Source: Camelus dromedarius
Lineage: Eukaryota
DNA: 64,000 nucleotides
NCBI RefSeq assembly: GCF_036321535.1
Contig: NC_087437.1
Span: forward strand, 92,940,001 to 93,004,000
Reading direction: 5' to 3'
Part shown: piece by piece, positions 13,330-27,700 of the stretch
How the letters are laid out: the number at the start of each line of letters is the position of its first letter
Position numbering within the stretch: position 1 is the stretch's first letter
Notes under the pieces: generated by a model
Seen by the model: the letters and a program-made list of their open reading frames with translations, nothing else
What the model was told of the DNA's origin: nothing
Database searches by the model: none
Position numbers and translations under genes: made by a program

Positions 13330-13822
13330 GCTGGTCCTTTGTTTATTTGCCCTCAAATCCTTTCACTCACCCTTTTCTGCTCTGCACCACATTCCCCAAG
13401 CTCCCATGGCCTCTGCTTCTTTTGAGCTGGTTGAGTTGGAGGCACTATGGGGGGGACTTGAAGGTGGGAGGAGGGAGAAGCCCAGAAATTCTCCCTTACT
13501 CCCTTGCCCACCTCTCTGTCCAAAGGGAGACTGGCCTTGTCTCCTGCAGCAGGTATGTTGCAGTTCTTGTTCCTTTTCTTTCTGTGAGCTTAGTTCCTGC
13601 CGGGAAGGCTTACCTTGTTTCCAGCTTCTGCTCGATGGCCTCGGCTTCTAGGTTCCGTAATACTGCCTCTCCCTTAGGGGGATTACCAGATTCCTGTTTT
13701 TGCTAATCCCTGGGTTACTTACCTGTCCTCTCTTCAGGTCTGCATTTCTCCTATTACCTGTATTAAGTCCCTCTATTTGAAATAAGTGGGGTTTCCACTC
13801 TGGCTTCTCATAACTGGAATAG
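13330..13822 (+). mobile_element. LTR33-like (ERVL) solo LTR
   Basis: ctcccatggcctctgcttc...ggaggcact...gaaggtgggaggagggagaag and a 3' end cctgtattaagtccctctatttgaaata... It accounts for the GC-richer spurious ORFs at 13206-13857. Confidence 0.65.
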
Positions 13823-14161
13823 TATTTCCCTTCTGTTAGGCCTGCTGAGTTATGCAAGTCTCCAAGACACCATGCACATTGTATTTTGAGTATTCTAAAG
13901 CACCCCCGGAATGGTTTAGCTCAGTGGCCCTGCTTCTGTTAAAGTATTTTCAGTAATTTGTTAGATTGAGGTTTACCAACTTTGTGAATTTGTGAGACTT
14001 TTTATGGTAAAGAGCTGTGTACTATAGAATTTAAGTTACATTATTCAAAATTTTAGAAAACTCAGCAGTGAGAGATATTGTCATATTCTTTTCCTACACT
14101 GTAGCAAATTTTGCTTTACTTTAAACAGGGATCTTGATGTTCCTTCTACTGAAGAACACTG

Positions 14162-14284
14162 CTTCCTTCCTCTCTCCTTCCCTCCTTTCCTCCTTTCCTT
14201 CCTAACTCCCTCTCTCCCCATTATTTTCTAACCCCCCTCCTTTCCCTCTTTTGTTTCTTCCCTTCCTCCCTTTCTTCTTTTCTT
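14162..14284. repeat. CT-rich low-complexity tract
   Basis: About 120 bp that is almost purely pyrimidine. Confidence 0.85.
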
Positions 14285-17200
14285 TGATAGTATGTTTGAT
14301 CTTACTAATCCTGAGCAAGGCTAGTAACTAATATTAGGAAGTGGAAGAGTTTTAGGTTTACAGAAGAGTCTGGGTTCTTAGGGAAAAGAAGATGGAACTT
14401 TATTTCTTAATCCAATTAAAGCAGGCAATTAACTTTATAGAAATTTATCAGAGGTTTCTAACATACCATAAAACAATGTGTGTATGATTACCAGTACCTC
14501 TTAATTCTGGGCAGATAAAACCAAAGTTTTTCTTTCTTTTATTCCCCCTCCCCCCCGCTAACCACCCACCCCCCTAGAGTAGCACAATATTATCTTAAAA
14601 TAAGGCACTTGCTCTAATAAAATGTGTAGTGCTTCCCAAATAATATTCTAATTCACTAAATATACAGTTGTGCATGGGTATATGGTGATTTTTAAAAAGT
14701 AGGTTCATTTCAAAAATCTGCTAGAGTCTTGAAGTTAGAAGAGCATGTGAAGATCTGTAATTTACATTCAACAACCTTTCCTTCATCCCTCCTGCTTCCC
14801 TCCCCTTAGGTAGCAGTATTTATTGCGCATTTTCTATGTGCCAGACACTTGCTAAGTCATGGAAGTTCAGTGATGATAGAGGGACAAGGACCTTACCAGC
14901 TGGCAGGGGAAATGAATAGTCTCCTCTTAACTTGTGGTGATTGCCTAAGCTCATCTAGTAATAAAATTAAATTGCAATTTCAGTGTTAGTCTAAGTATTG
15001 TGGCCATTGCTGTATGATTTTTTAGGCAAAAAAATTAAAGATACATTTGCAAAATATAAAGATATTTTAGGAAATAAAGAATTATAGAAAGATAGTTCCT
15101 TAGTTCTGTTTGAAGAATACAATTTAGTAATAATTATAAACAATAGCCTCTTTCATGATACTCTTTTTCTTTTAAGGATTTTCTGATTGCTTATTTATTT
15201 CGATGACACTTTGTGCGCTGATTTTTAAACCAAAAATTGTCAAAATGAAACTTTTGAGGTATATTTCCAAAGAATCTGTAATTGATTTAAATGATACATG
15301 AGGCGTTTTTTGTCAAACTGAACTGAGCTAGAAAAAATCTCTTAGAATAGCTGTATTTAGATTTTAATGAAACTAGGCAGAAAGGAGACTAAAGTGAATT
15401 TCCTTTTTAGTCTTTTAAATGAAAAAGTGCATCATTTGTCCTATATATCTTATTCATCATCAGTCATAGCAAAGCATTCATTCCCATGAGAGACATAATG
15501 GATTCAGAGAGCCGAGAGGAATGGAAGATTGTCATTCAATGCAGATGAGTTTTAGTAATATTCTTATCATGAGAAATTGGGTTGCAGAACCTTAAGATTT
15601 GGAATTAAGTTGCCATAGATATATTTAATTAAAAGTAGATTGCTTTAACCTTTCTTTAAATTAGAAATAGGTTTAAAATCTTAAATTAAATTTATAGTTT
15701 GTATTTAACTTGTATTCAGGACTTGCCTGTAATAGGGATTCTTTATAAAATTTAGTCCTAAAAAGGTACATTTTAATTGAACTAGTACAGTGAATATATA
15801 AAGAAAGTTCCTGAAAGAATTTAATAACTTAGTGTATTGGATCCAAGTATGGTTTACTTTTCTTCTGATAGAGAAAGTAACCAAACTTATCAAACCAGAC
15901 TAAAACCTGAGAACAAAAGTGGGGTCTGCCTCGTGAACTCTTCTAAAACTTCATCGACATTCATCTTCAGTCCTTATAAATTTATATTTCCTAATTGTTT
16001 TAGTGTTATCACCTGATGGGTTGGTTTCTCATTTATAATACTGCCCAATGTCTAGTACTGTTCTAGAAGTTAAAGCATATGAAGAATGAAGCTGTCAAAG
16101 TAAAAAAGCAAATATAAATAAGAATGTATATTAGGTGCATATGTTTGCCAAATTTGCAAACTCTACTACTACAGAATTGGTTTTAGGTTAGTTAGAGGAA
16201 ATGAAGGTGCTCCAGGCTTATTCTGTGTCCTGTCTAACTGCACTCTCAGCCCAGAAAAAGTTGAATACAGAAAGATGTGTAGTCAGCTACTAATCTTGAC
16301 CACTCCCTCCAGACCTGGGACTGTATTTTCTAGTTTCAGGATATGGGGGTCCCTTGCTTTGAGCAAATGCCGAGATTTGGGCTGTGTTTTGGGCCAGGGC
16401 AGTTCTCCTGCTTAGAAAAGCCAAAGGAGTAGAGATGGAGGACAGGATTGATACCAGTGGTTGCAGCTCTAGTGTGATCAGGCCTGTGGCTCCTTGTGGA
16501 TCAATCCTGTCACCGATCTTTTTTTTTTTTTTTAATGGATTATTAAGTCTGGCTTACTTTCTAAGACCTACTCAGATGAGTAGTCATATTGCCTTAAGTG
16601 CTTTATAGCTTCATCTTTCTTGGGAATTACAACTTTTTGTTTGTTTGTTTGTTTTTAATGGTTGGGTCATGCTGACTAGCACAAACATATCTTAGATTAA
16701 TTGTACATATTAAATAAAAATAAACTCTGTCAAAAAGTTTAAGTCTATTCACTGTAACTTTCATTTCCTTTCTAAAGGAAAAGTTTCTATAGGAAGTGGT
16801 CAATAGTTATTCTCTTTTTTTCCTCCTCCCCACAGGGTTAGGTAATCGCAAACTGAAATTGCCTATTAATATACCATTACCCAGAGGGTAATTGCAACAT
16901 TATATATAGAGTTGTTAATCTTTTCTCAGTGAAGATTGAGATTCATTCATTCTCAGAGGCTTATTAGTAAGAACACATGGTCATGGTAGGCATACAGAAA
17001 ATGGGAATCCAGTGGTTGCAAGTAGACGGATTATCCTCATCTGGACTGTTTTGTTTCAAGCCCTCATCATCATCAGCCGTGTAGGAAGAACCTGCTATAT
17101 AGCAAGTAAAACCAGATGACATTGTGAGAGCTCTTAGCACAGTGCCTGACATCTAGAAAATTCACAATAAATATTTCTTCACTATCTCATTTTTTGCTTT

Positions 17201-17714
17201 TGTCCAGCATTTTCCAAAGTTTAGATGGAAAATATGAACATCGTTGTCCAATTTGTTAAGACATGTCCATGCTAGGTTACTTTTCGAAGGTGTGGACTCT
17301 CTTACTTGGCTCATTGGTGGTGGTATTGTTCCAAAATGAAAACTTGACACAGTTTTTCTATGGAATAAATAGACTGCACTTGGTAAAGCCTACTCTTTTA
17401 AGTTTTTCCAGGATAAGATATTCCTTTCTTATGGAATTTGGATTCATTTCTTCACCACATGATTTAGTATTTTGTTTACAAGTCACTGGAGCAATATTAG
17501 TAGAGAGTTGAAGGTAGAATCATGGAAAGCTCACATTTGGGGGAGGTGGTTAATGAGGAGAATGAAGAGGTGGTGAAGGTGTGAGAGAAGAAGCAGCATT
17601 AGAACAGTGAGAAGAGTGTCCTATCATAACACGCAGAAAGAGGAGAGGTTTTTTCAAGGAAGGAATTGACCCATGTAGGATTTTTATTTTTATATCTATG
17701 TAATATCTCAAGTG

Positions 17715-17900
17715 CAGTGAACACTTGGCTGTGCAGGAAGTGCTTGGTACAGACTGAATCTTCCCAGTAGCCTCAGGAAGCAGATACTGTTACTGTGCTC
17801 ATTTTCTAGGTGAGCAAACTGAGTCTTAGACTGTGGAACTCACACTTGCTAACTTGTGCCAGAACCAGGATTGCATTCAAGGCATTTTGTCCTCTGTGCT
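17715..17900 (-). mobile_element. MIR SINE, degenerate
   Basis: ctcattttctaggtgagcaaactgagtcttaga...gccagaaccaggattgcattcaaggca. Confidence 0.65.
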
Positions 17901-18276
17901 GTAGCCACTGAGCTGGAGAAAGGCTGAGATTGTGAGCTTTAAGGAAAGTGAGTTCCATTTACAGATTTTCTTTGCAGTGCTGGGAAGTGCTCCTTAACAG
18001 TTGTTTCTGTATTTTATAGATATGGAAATTGAAATTCAACAAGTTATATAACCTGCCAAAAATCACATATCTAGTAAATAATAATTGAAAGGTTTAGCAG
18101 CAAGTGTTCTACACATATTCATTCTATTCCTGGTCTGCTTACCAATAGCTTCCCAGTTTTATACCCTACAATTACATGTAACTGCCATGATTTACATCTG
18201 AAACTCAGTTTATGTCTCTAGAAGCTGATTTATACTTTTGGGATAATTTTATATCTAAACTATAAGACAGTGTTGA

Positions 18277-18345
18277 ATGTGTGTGTGTAACATTTATATA
18301 TATATATATACGTACACACACACATCTATACACACATGTATACAC
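18277..18345. repeat. Compound (TG)/(TA)/(CA) microsatellite
   Basis: tgtgtgtgtgtaacatttatatatatatatatacgtacacacacac... Confidence 0.85.
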
Positions 18346-21300
18346 AGGTGTCTGTGTAATACAATAGATATATAAGTAATAAAACAGTATATACATTCTT
18401 TACCTTTGAGTTGTGAGACAGGAAAATTCAAAGAAGTGGACTGACTTGAAAGAGAACTCATATATTTAATATACTGAAATAGGTATTGAGGGAAAACCAC
18501 CAGACTTTTGAGTGCACAATCTTAGGGGTAGGTGATCAATTAAGTTATTTGAGTAGGACTTAATGATGCTTATAAACAATGATTGTAATGTCTAGTATAG
18601 GAAGGAAGATAAGAGAATCATAGATGATTTAACTTTTTTTTTAAAATAAGGTCATCATCATTTAAATATGTGATTCATGATCATGCTACTCTTGTGAGAT
18701 GTTCATTCTGTTAGGATGAGTAGTAATCATAACAAAGATGATGAATTATTGGCAAATATTTAATACATAGTTTATGATGAACCATATCACTATTGTGGTT
18801 GAAAAATGCATATTACATGTAACTATAAAATAAGGAGTAGTTCTGGTAACGATTTGTTTAATTCACACTGTTGACTTTCTGCTGTGTGCCTGATCCAGTA
18901 CTAAAGCTGGAGGAATGTCCACTTGATGCCTTTTTGGTTGCTATTTCTGTATTAGCTCTTATTGTCTTACTTTACTGATAGTGCTACATCTGAGATCTAG
19001 TTTATTCATTTCTTTGGGAACCTTAATAAGAGGAATTTAGGGAGAAAGTAGACACTGAAGGGATGTAGATGTGACCTTGGTTGTTATTGAGTGTCTACCT
19101 GGTGTCAGAGAGCTTGACTCCACATAGTCTTAACTAGGACAGCAGTTTCCATACTAGAAGAGATCTCCTCCCTGTGCTTAGTAGAGCCAGGGGCAGTCAC
19201 AGAGAAAGCAGATAATTCTGTCTCCGGAGCATAGATTTAAAGGGTTTGCATAGTGGATAGATGGCCAGTTGTCAAGAGATGATGGAGGGTGCTTAGTCTG
19301 TTCAAAAAGTGGTACAGTGATTGGCTTAGTCCTCCAGTGGTGGGGGGGGGGGGGAGTGTTTTGGAATGAGCCGGCTCTTTGCAGTCTCTGTTAGGAGATG
19401 ATTAAACGTGACAGAAATATTTTAATGATTTTGTTTCAAATTTGAGAGTTTTTGAGTCTGATCAGTATAATAGTTAAGAAAAAATAGTTATTCCTTTGTT
19501 TGGATTTAGTTAAATGGCTATTAAATTAGAAGCCAGAAAACCTGCTAATAGTAAGTGGTTTAAATGTTCTTTATTTTAATGTGGAATTGCCTTAATCACA
19601 GTCAGGTTTATTCTTGAACATGTTAAACTTCCATATAACTTGCCAATATTTTCCTGAAATTGGGTCTCAGATTTCTGAAATGGGAGTGGGGAAAGATGTG
19701 AAAATTGATGGCCTCAAGCTTTTTAAAATCCAAATTGAAACTTGTACTACAAAGAGAGAAGTTTAACCTGAGAGTTTATGCCTATATCAGCATGACATAG
19801 AGTAGCAATTGAAGTTTTCTTACACCCCACAGAGCTAATAAACACATTGGTTCATTTAAAAGTGATTCAATTTTCTTGGGTTTTGGACTTCAGAAAAAAA
19901 GGAGCAGAGCCTAATGAATTACGTCCTATGTGTATTATAAATGTAGAAATCACATATAGAGGTCTATTTTAGATGCTGCTTGGGTTTACATATGGTTAAT
20001 TAGGCATTTTGTGAATCTTTAGGTTAATAACTTACAGAGCAGTTTAGAGGATCACTTTTTTTTTGAGTGGTGATATTTACTTATGTATAAGATTAGTCAT
20101 ATGTAATTTATATAAATATATATAATACATATACATACTTTAAAAAATTTATAATTTTGTTCACTTTTTAACTTTAGCGTGTATAATTAATCTAACAGAA
20201 TTAAATATCACCACTCAAAAAGTGACATTCTGAAATATATTTATATATTATATAAGTTATATGTAACATTTTTGGAGTTTAGCTCATAGAGGAAATTAAG
20301 ATCTGTCTTAAAATAGAAGTAAATACATTCATGTTTCTTTTAATTACTATAATTTTTCTTTTAAGCAAAAGTTAGTGACCCATATTAATTGGAAAGAATA
20401 ATAAAAAGAAATTACCTAGATTGTTGTGTTTTTAAATCATTTATATTATTTGCTAAATGTAGAGATAATTTTTTATAATCTTAGTGTATAATGAAATCTT
20501 ATTAAAGAATACTATTTACGTTCCCTTGTAGAACCAAAAAGAAATGATTTTTTGGGTTAATTTTGTTCTGTGCTAAATTTCCAGTTGCCAAGTTACCTTA
20601 TGATCTCATCTTGATTTGGCATGAAAAGTTGAAAATTTATTCTTCCAGTAAAATCTTGCTGAGTACTTGCTGTATGGGAGTCCTGTACTAGGTTTTGGCA
20701 TACAAAGATGGAGAAAACTTGATCCCTACCATAAGATAGCTCATAGTCAAAAACAAGGAAATCAATATAGACACATGTAGTAAGTGATACAGGCTTATAA
20801 TAATAGGTTCAGGTAATAGTAGATACAGGTTTAGGCTATTTGTGGGATGTTCAAAAGGGTAGTGCTCATTCTTACTTGACACACAAGTCAGCCGTAGCCA
20901 CAGTAATGCTGTGTAATGCACTGTCCCCAGCTCAGTGTGTAACAACAGTAAGCATTTATTTCTCACTGATGTGTTTATGAATCTGCTAGGGTGGCTCTGT
21001 TCTTTAGAGGTCCTGATATACTTAGAGAAGGTTATAGGACAGCAATCAAGATTTTTTTTTTTTTATGGTTGGGGAAGAGGCTGCTGATAAGGGACAGGGA
21101 AATTGTTGCAAAGCATTATCAAAATTTATTGCTGCATCAGCATTTACCTGTTCTAAACTCCATGATGCCAGTTATACCAGACTGCTTGTAACATCTACAT
21201 CCATGATGCTTTCTGATATGTCTGTATCTCTTTGATGTCTGTTCTAGACCCCTTGCTCTAAGCTCTCCTACCACTCTCTTCCTGAATGTTTCATCTCCTT

Positions 21301-21868
21301 TGAACCTTGGTCTTCTGCCACACTCGCCCTGTAAATCTGCAGTGTTGCTCACACAAATTGTTTAATTTCTCTGCGCCTGCACAGCTTCCAGCCACCGAGG
21401 AAGATCACACAGCCATGTGAACTGCTGCTCCTATGGGTTCATGGCCATTAACACTCTACAGAAATCATTTGCACATCCGCTGTGAACCCTTCCTTACATC
21501 TTCCACAGTAGCTACCTCAGCTTTACCACTCCTTGCAGAATCCCTTATTTCACTGCCTCCTTATTCTCCATTACTACAGTACTTGCTCTTACTTTTCAGA
21601 GAAAACAGAAGACAGCAGAAAGGAACTTCCAAACCATTTCCCTAAAAAGATTTCTGTGTCTATATTCATCCTTCCCACGTGCTTTCAGAAGTTAGTAGAA
21701 GAAATTGATGTCATGAATCCATACATTGAATTCTTTTCTATTTTTTCCCTTAAAATGGTAAATCTATTTACCTCTTCTTTCTCCCGTCAGCCTTTCCCTC
21801 TGCTACTTCCTTTTTTCTCTGCATATAAGTTACTCACCCCTTCCCTTCCTTAAATAAATTGGAAAACT

Positions 21869-21893
21869 AAAAAAAAAAAAAAAAAAAAAAAAA
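21869..21893. repeat. Poly-A tract (about 25 nt)
   Basis: Uninterrupted A run. Confidence 0.9.
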
Positions 21894-23794
21894 GGAATTC
21901 CTCCCTTTAATTCTCTGTCAGATTTGTGGAATGATTTTGTAGATTATTGGTTACCAGAACTATGAGTGCATAGCACAAAATTAGGGAGCTTTATGAAAGC
22001 ACAGATCCGCTCCTGGATCTGATTCAAGGATCTAGGGTGGAGTCTATTGATTTCTAACTTTTAAAAGCAGCCATGTTGGGGAGCGACCATCGTAAGTGAA
22101 TATGTACCGACAGGGATAGTGCTGACCGTGTAGTATGTAGAAGAGGTTATAAAACTGTAAGTTTAAAAATTTGTGTGTATACATGGTTTTATATATACTG
22201 TATATTATGGAAACACATGTCTGTGCATGTAAATACCTATATAGTAAAAAATGAGAAAATTTTATATTAATGTATTAGTGTAGGGGAGGTTGGGTTTATG
22301 AGTGCTTTGGTGCCTTTTTTAAATGATGTTTTTTTGTTTTTTATTCAACATGGGATACACTTTTGTGATAAGGAAAAAATATGGTAGAGAAATAATAGTA
22401 CCCTCTTGCACATGTGTTCTCCCATTAAATGCCCCCTCTGCTCAATTTAGGCATCTTTTCCTTACTTAACCTTATGTTATAATAAATGGGGTTGACCATT
22501 TACAGTTCCTTTAAGTTCTCTTCTCTCCTACTTCTGTATTCCCTATCCTGTTTCAGTAACCACCCAAGCAAGAAATTACCAGTCTGTCACCCTTAATAAC
22601 CAAACCTTGCTTCTTACCAGTTTTAACTCTGAAATAGCATACAAGTGCTCTCTTTTTCTTCCCATTTTCACTGGTTTAAGGGAACCAGCTGAGATGGGTA
22701 TCACTGATGCCCAAGGTGCAGTGACTGGGAGTTTCAGATGCCATTGAAAGCTCACGTAAATTGAAGTCGAAAAGAACGGTTGGGATTGGAAAGTTGGAGA
22801 TTTCTGGTGACTTTTGCCAGAGTATTTCAGAATCATTTTAGAGGATGAAGAGCTTTGAGGAAGTAGAGTTAGTAGTCAAAAAAATCAGGCTGTTGATGGC
22901 AGGAGAACTAGAGGTTGGCTTGGACCAAGAGAGAGGTTTTCTTCATTGTCATTGATGTTATTTCAGAATTAGCACATGCATCCATTCATCATATGTGAAT
23001 GCTGAGTAAAGAGCCTGAGGAAGGAGAATGTGAGAAAATAATTGAGAACAGACAAAAGGAAAGAATGGAATCAAGGAATTAGCCTTGAACAAGAGGAAAA
23101 CAAAGACAAAAAAACTCTTCCTCATAGACTAAAGAGAAGGAGATAAAGCCAACTGCAGGTATCAGTTTGTAGGTTTGAAAGCATAAAGCTGAGGGAGGTC
23201 TTGCCTGATGGCTCTGTTCTCCCCTTCCTCGCTGTTCTCCTACCCTTCTGCTCCTCCACCTCTCCTCCAACCCAGACTTTCTCTTTCTCTCTCTGTCTGT
23301 CTTGCTGTCACTCACCTTAACTTTGTGATTACCCTCCATAAGTGGTTATACCCATAAATGCTGGGCGTATTGCAAACACTAACAAAACACTTGTGGCCAG
23401 TTAAAATGGAGGGGCCAGGGAGCAGCCTGAGTACCCTTGCGTGGCTGGAAATGGTGGCTTGTCTGGTGGGCACTGTGGGTGCCTTATGGTTGGCTGACTT
23501 AATGTAGCTCTTGTTCTGGTATAACTGCCACAGAGCTGTCTAACACTTCCAAGGCCTGCAAATACATACTTTTGAGCTTTTCTGTTAAAAAAAAAAAATC
23601 CACATGCAAAATTTGTTTTCTAAAGCATACGATTATAGAAGAATAGCTGTAATTGATAGTGTAAACATAAAATTTAGTTAAGAGCTTGATTTATGTTCTG
23701 TGCATTTCTAACGTAGAGAGATGTTAGCGTGGGTCTAGGTTGTTTCTGTGTGTCCTGAAGGGTAAGCGCGCGCGTGCACACACACACACATGGA

Positions 23795-23990
23795 AGCAAG
23801 AGTCAGACTAACATGGGTTCAGATTCAGATCCTGGTTGGGTCACTTAATAGCTGTGGGATATTGACTTTATTGCTCTCCTTGTTTGGGCTTGCTGCCTCA
23901 CCCATCAAATGAAATTTGTACTACTTTATAGGGCCTTTGAGATAATTGAGTTCGATATTGAACATCAAGCACTCAGGACAATCCATAACT
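23795..23990 (+). mobile_element. MIR SINE, preceded by a (CG)/(CA) dinucleotide run
   Basis: gagtcagac...gggttcaga...cacttaatagctgtg...cctcacccatcaaatgaaa...aagcactcaggaca. Confidence 0.65.
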
Positions 23991-24581
23991 ACTGCTGTTG
24001 CCATTAATGTCACCAAGTCACCCTGTTTTTTGTTATTGTAATGACTTTTGTTATTTCTTCTATCATCATAAAACTCTTCTTCCTATATCATTAGTTTTGA
24101 GACAGACTCTGCTCAAACCTTTTTCTCTCCTTAAGGGAGTGGATTGTGTGACAGTTTTTAGATTTCTTTTCCTTATAGGACTCTCCCAGAGTCCAAGGTT
24201 AATTCTGACATCAGCAGCAGCAGCTTGGTTGGTGGTACTCACTCATAAATCTACTAATCTGGATTCCAGAAGGAGAAGAAACACATCTTTCTTTGCTTCT
24301 AAAAGCCTATTTCCATCCCTCTCCCCCAGTTTCTATATGGTCAAATTGTTCTGCTTTTTGAAAGCTTTGAAACAATTAATTATTTTCTCTTTAAAGAAGT
24401 CTTCAAATATCCAACCAAACTGTTTAGTCTACTTATTGACCAAGCTATCTTCTCAGTATTAAATTTTTATGTATGTCTCTTTGTGGTCTTTTCCTTTATG
24501 ATATCCTCTGATAGAGGATTTTAGTCTTGGGCAAAAGCTCAGTAGAAATGAACAGATAAAAGCTATCTGACCTTTAAAATA

Positions 24582-25912
24582 TTTTAATTTTTAATAGCTT
24601 TATTGAAATACAATTTCACATACCATACAACTAACCTATTTAACATGTACAATTTCATGGTTTTTAGCATGTTACAACAGAGTTGTACAACCATAACTAC
24701 AGTAAATTATAGAACATTTTCATCACCCCATAAGAAACCCTATATTCTTCAGCTATCATCCCACAATTTTCCCATCTGTCCCCTAGCCCTAGGCAACCAC
24801 TCACTTACCTACTGTCTATATAAATTTTCTTGTCCTGGATTTTTCATATAAATGGAATCATATAATGCGTCGTCTTTTGTGACTGGCTTTTTTCACTTAG
24901 CATAATGTTTTCAGGCTTCCATGTTACAGCGTATGTCAGTACTTCATTCCTTTTTTTGGTCAAATAATCCATTGTATGGATATGCAGTATTTAATTTATC
25001 CATTTATTTGTTGATGGATGTTTGTGTTGTTTTAACCTTTTGACTATTTTGAGTAATGCTGCTATAACATTCATATATAAGTTTTTGTATGGACATATGT
25101 TCATTTCTCTTGAGTGTAACTAGAAGTGGGATTGCTGGGTCAAATGGTAACTCTAGCATTTTGAGGAACATCGAGACTGTTTTCCAAGGTGGCTGCACTG
25201 TTTTACATTCCTACCAGCAGTGAATGAGGTTTCTAAATTCTCCACATCCTCACTGATAATTACCCCCCCCCCTTTTTTTTTTTGACTATTGCCATTCTAG
25301 TGTGAATGAAGTGATATCTCATTGTGGTTTTGATTTGCATTTTCCTAATGACTAATGAGGCTGAACATCTTTTAATGTCCTTATTGGCCATTTCTGCATC
25401 TTCCTTGTAGAAATGTTTATTCAGATCCTTTGCTTATTTTAAAAATTGGGTTTTTCTTTTTAACCATTGAGTTGTTCTTTGTATTTTCTAAACTTAAGTC
25501 CCTTACCAGATATGAGTGGCAAATATTTTCTCCAATTCTATGAATTGTTTTTTCACTTCCTTGATAGTGTCCTTTGGCACATACAATTTTTAGTTTTGAA
25601 GAAGTCCAGTGTATCAGTTTTTTCTTTTGTTACTTGTACTTGTGGTGCCATATTTAAGAACTGAGGTCAACAGATTTACCCTTGCGTTTTCTTTAAGAGT
25701 TTTATAGTTTTAGCTCTTACATTTAAGTCTTTAATCCATTTTGAGTTAGTTTTGTATATGTTTTAATATGGGAGTCCAAATATATCTTTTTGTGTGCAGA
25801 GGTCTAGTTGTCCTAGCACTATTTATTGAAAAGACTCTTTTTTACTCATTGAATGGTCTTGATCACCCTTTTTGAAAATCAGTTGACCATCAACACAGGG
25901 GATTCTTTCTGT
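24582..25912 (-). mobile_element. LINE-1 (L1MB-like), 3' UTR plus decayed end of ORF2, about 1.3 kb
   Basis: Reverse L1MB 3' UTR (aatagctttattgaaatacaatttcacataccatac...). The minus-strand ORF 25004-25198 (QPPWKTV..FLKMLELPFDPAIPLL) matches the L1 ORF2 C-terminal PFDPAIPLL motif. Confidence 0.92.
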
Positions 25913-27700
25913 TACATTGCTAGCCGTGTTAGAAAATCTTATTTCAGTTTCATTGGGATAGTCTCAGAAGTGGCTAAAGGGCTAGCAGGGAGACCTAGAT
26001 AATCGCTTTCCTGATTACTGTAGGCCCCTCCCATGCCCTCACAGCAGGGCAGGTTCAGGTGGAACATCTTAAGATGAACATCTTGTGTTTTAGGGTAGAG
26101 AAGAACTCCTGAAGTCAAACCAAATTTGTGACTTCAAGGATGTGTGGAGTGTGTGCTTTAAGAGAGCCCTCCTACTAAGCTCTACATGTTTACTGACATA
26201 GAGGGATACAGTTCAGTGTACAGGTGGTTAAAACATAACTGAGGACCCCTCTTGGCACATGGGATGCCTTCCTCTGGTGATTGACCATATTGTGTTGGTA
26301 CTTCTCTCCCATTCTTTCTCCTTCCTATTTTGTCCTATTCTGTGTTCTTCTTTATAAGCAAATAATTCACCTCTTCTCAACCATAACCATTAGTTTCCCT
26401 CTGCTTTACTATCACTGAAAGATTATGAAATAAAAGGAGTCATATTCAGACCAAAAATAAACCCAGGTAAAATGGAGTAGAGATCAACAGTGTAAGTCAC
26501 AGCAATGATAAATGCCATTATCTTTTGGTCCCAAATGACATTTACTTTTGGTCAAGTATAGATGGCAAGAATTGTTAGAAATTAATTTAATTTTCAGACC
26601 CAATTGTTGTGATAGAACTTAACATAATCTTAACTTGTAATGGATCAAATAAAGTAAAATTAAGTGGAGAATTTGAAAAAAAAATGAAATGACATATTTT
26701 AAAGACCTGTGGAAGTCTTACAAAGATAGATCATGCACTGGAGCACTTTTTAGAACTGAGTTCTGAGTAATAGGCTGTGAGAGGGAAAAAAAGATGTGAG
26801 GAGGGGGCCCAGCTAGGTAGGGGCACTTCAAGCGAAGCAGCTTTGCTTTTACATGTTTTGTATACTTTCTATGATAGAGTTCTTCATAAACTCTATTTTG
26901 AGATAGTTGAATGGTTTATACTGCTAAAAATAGATTGGTAAATAAAAAACTGGATTGATTGCCACTGTATTAGACCACAAAGGACACCACATTGTTAAAT
27001 TCACGTCAATAAAACTAGAACTAAATGAGAAAAGTTTAAAAGAAAATATAATACCCACCATTCCATTTCTCCCATGTCAAAATAGGATTAAAGAAATGTA
27101 AAAAGTTATTATTATAATCTGTTTTGAAAAGAAATGAGCACACTGTGTATCAGAATGTATGTGTATCAGAAAACACTGTTGCAGCTAGGACAGTAAGGAG
27201 AGGCAAGATGCTGGTTCCGAGTCTGATCCACAGAACATAGAAAATGATTTAAATGCCTATTTTCTAAATTCTTCCAAGTGTCGTACATAACAAGTACTAT
27301 TCTAAGATGCATTGAAGGGAAGTTAATTTATTGCATGCAGTGGATCTGTAGGGCATTAGGGCTTAATTCTCCAAGTGAACCCTGGTTGAGCAAAGCAGGC
27401 ATGCCTTGTTATTAAAATGATAATCCCTGGTGTTGATGAGGATATGGATAGTTGACTATTCTCTTGTGCTTCTGATGGAAGTATGAACTGGAACTGCCTA
27501 TCCAGAAAGTCATTTGTTAATCTGTGTTTAGAACCATAAATAAATTAAAAACTTATACCCTTTGGCTGAAGATCACGTTTTATAATTGATAACAAGGCTA
27601 GAGATTTGAACAAGTATTTGTTCACAGAGACCTCATAACATTAGTTTTTAAATTTTTATTATGGAAATTTCCTAATTTATGTAAAAATAGAGATGAGCTT

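Noticed and set aside
13206..13857. Longest ORF in the track (166 aa) and the overlapping 137 and 69 aa ORFs
   Set aside because: They overlap an L1 end and an LTR33-like element and show no recognisable protein motif.
14776..14815. polyY-AG/GTAGCA as a recursive splice site
   Set aside because: The regenerated donor after exon 2 (TCA/GTAGCA) would be very weak, and the site abuts an L2-like remnant.
19342..19354. G13 run as a functional G-quadruplex
   Set aside because: Isolated homopolymer with no supporting context.
23998..24462. 154-aa ORF
   Set aside because: Non-ATG start, F/L/S-rich composition typical of T-rich intron, and no recognisable homology.
25004..25198. ORF with PFDPAIPLL motif as a functional gene
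   Set aside because: Decayed fragment of L1 ORF2 within a truncated element.
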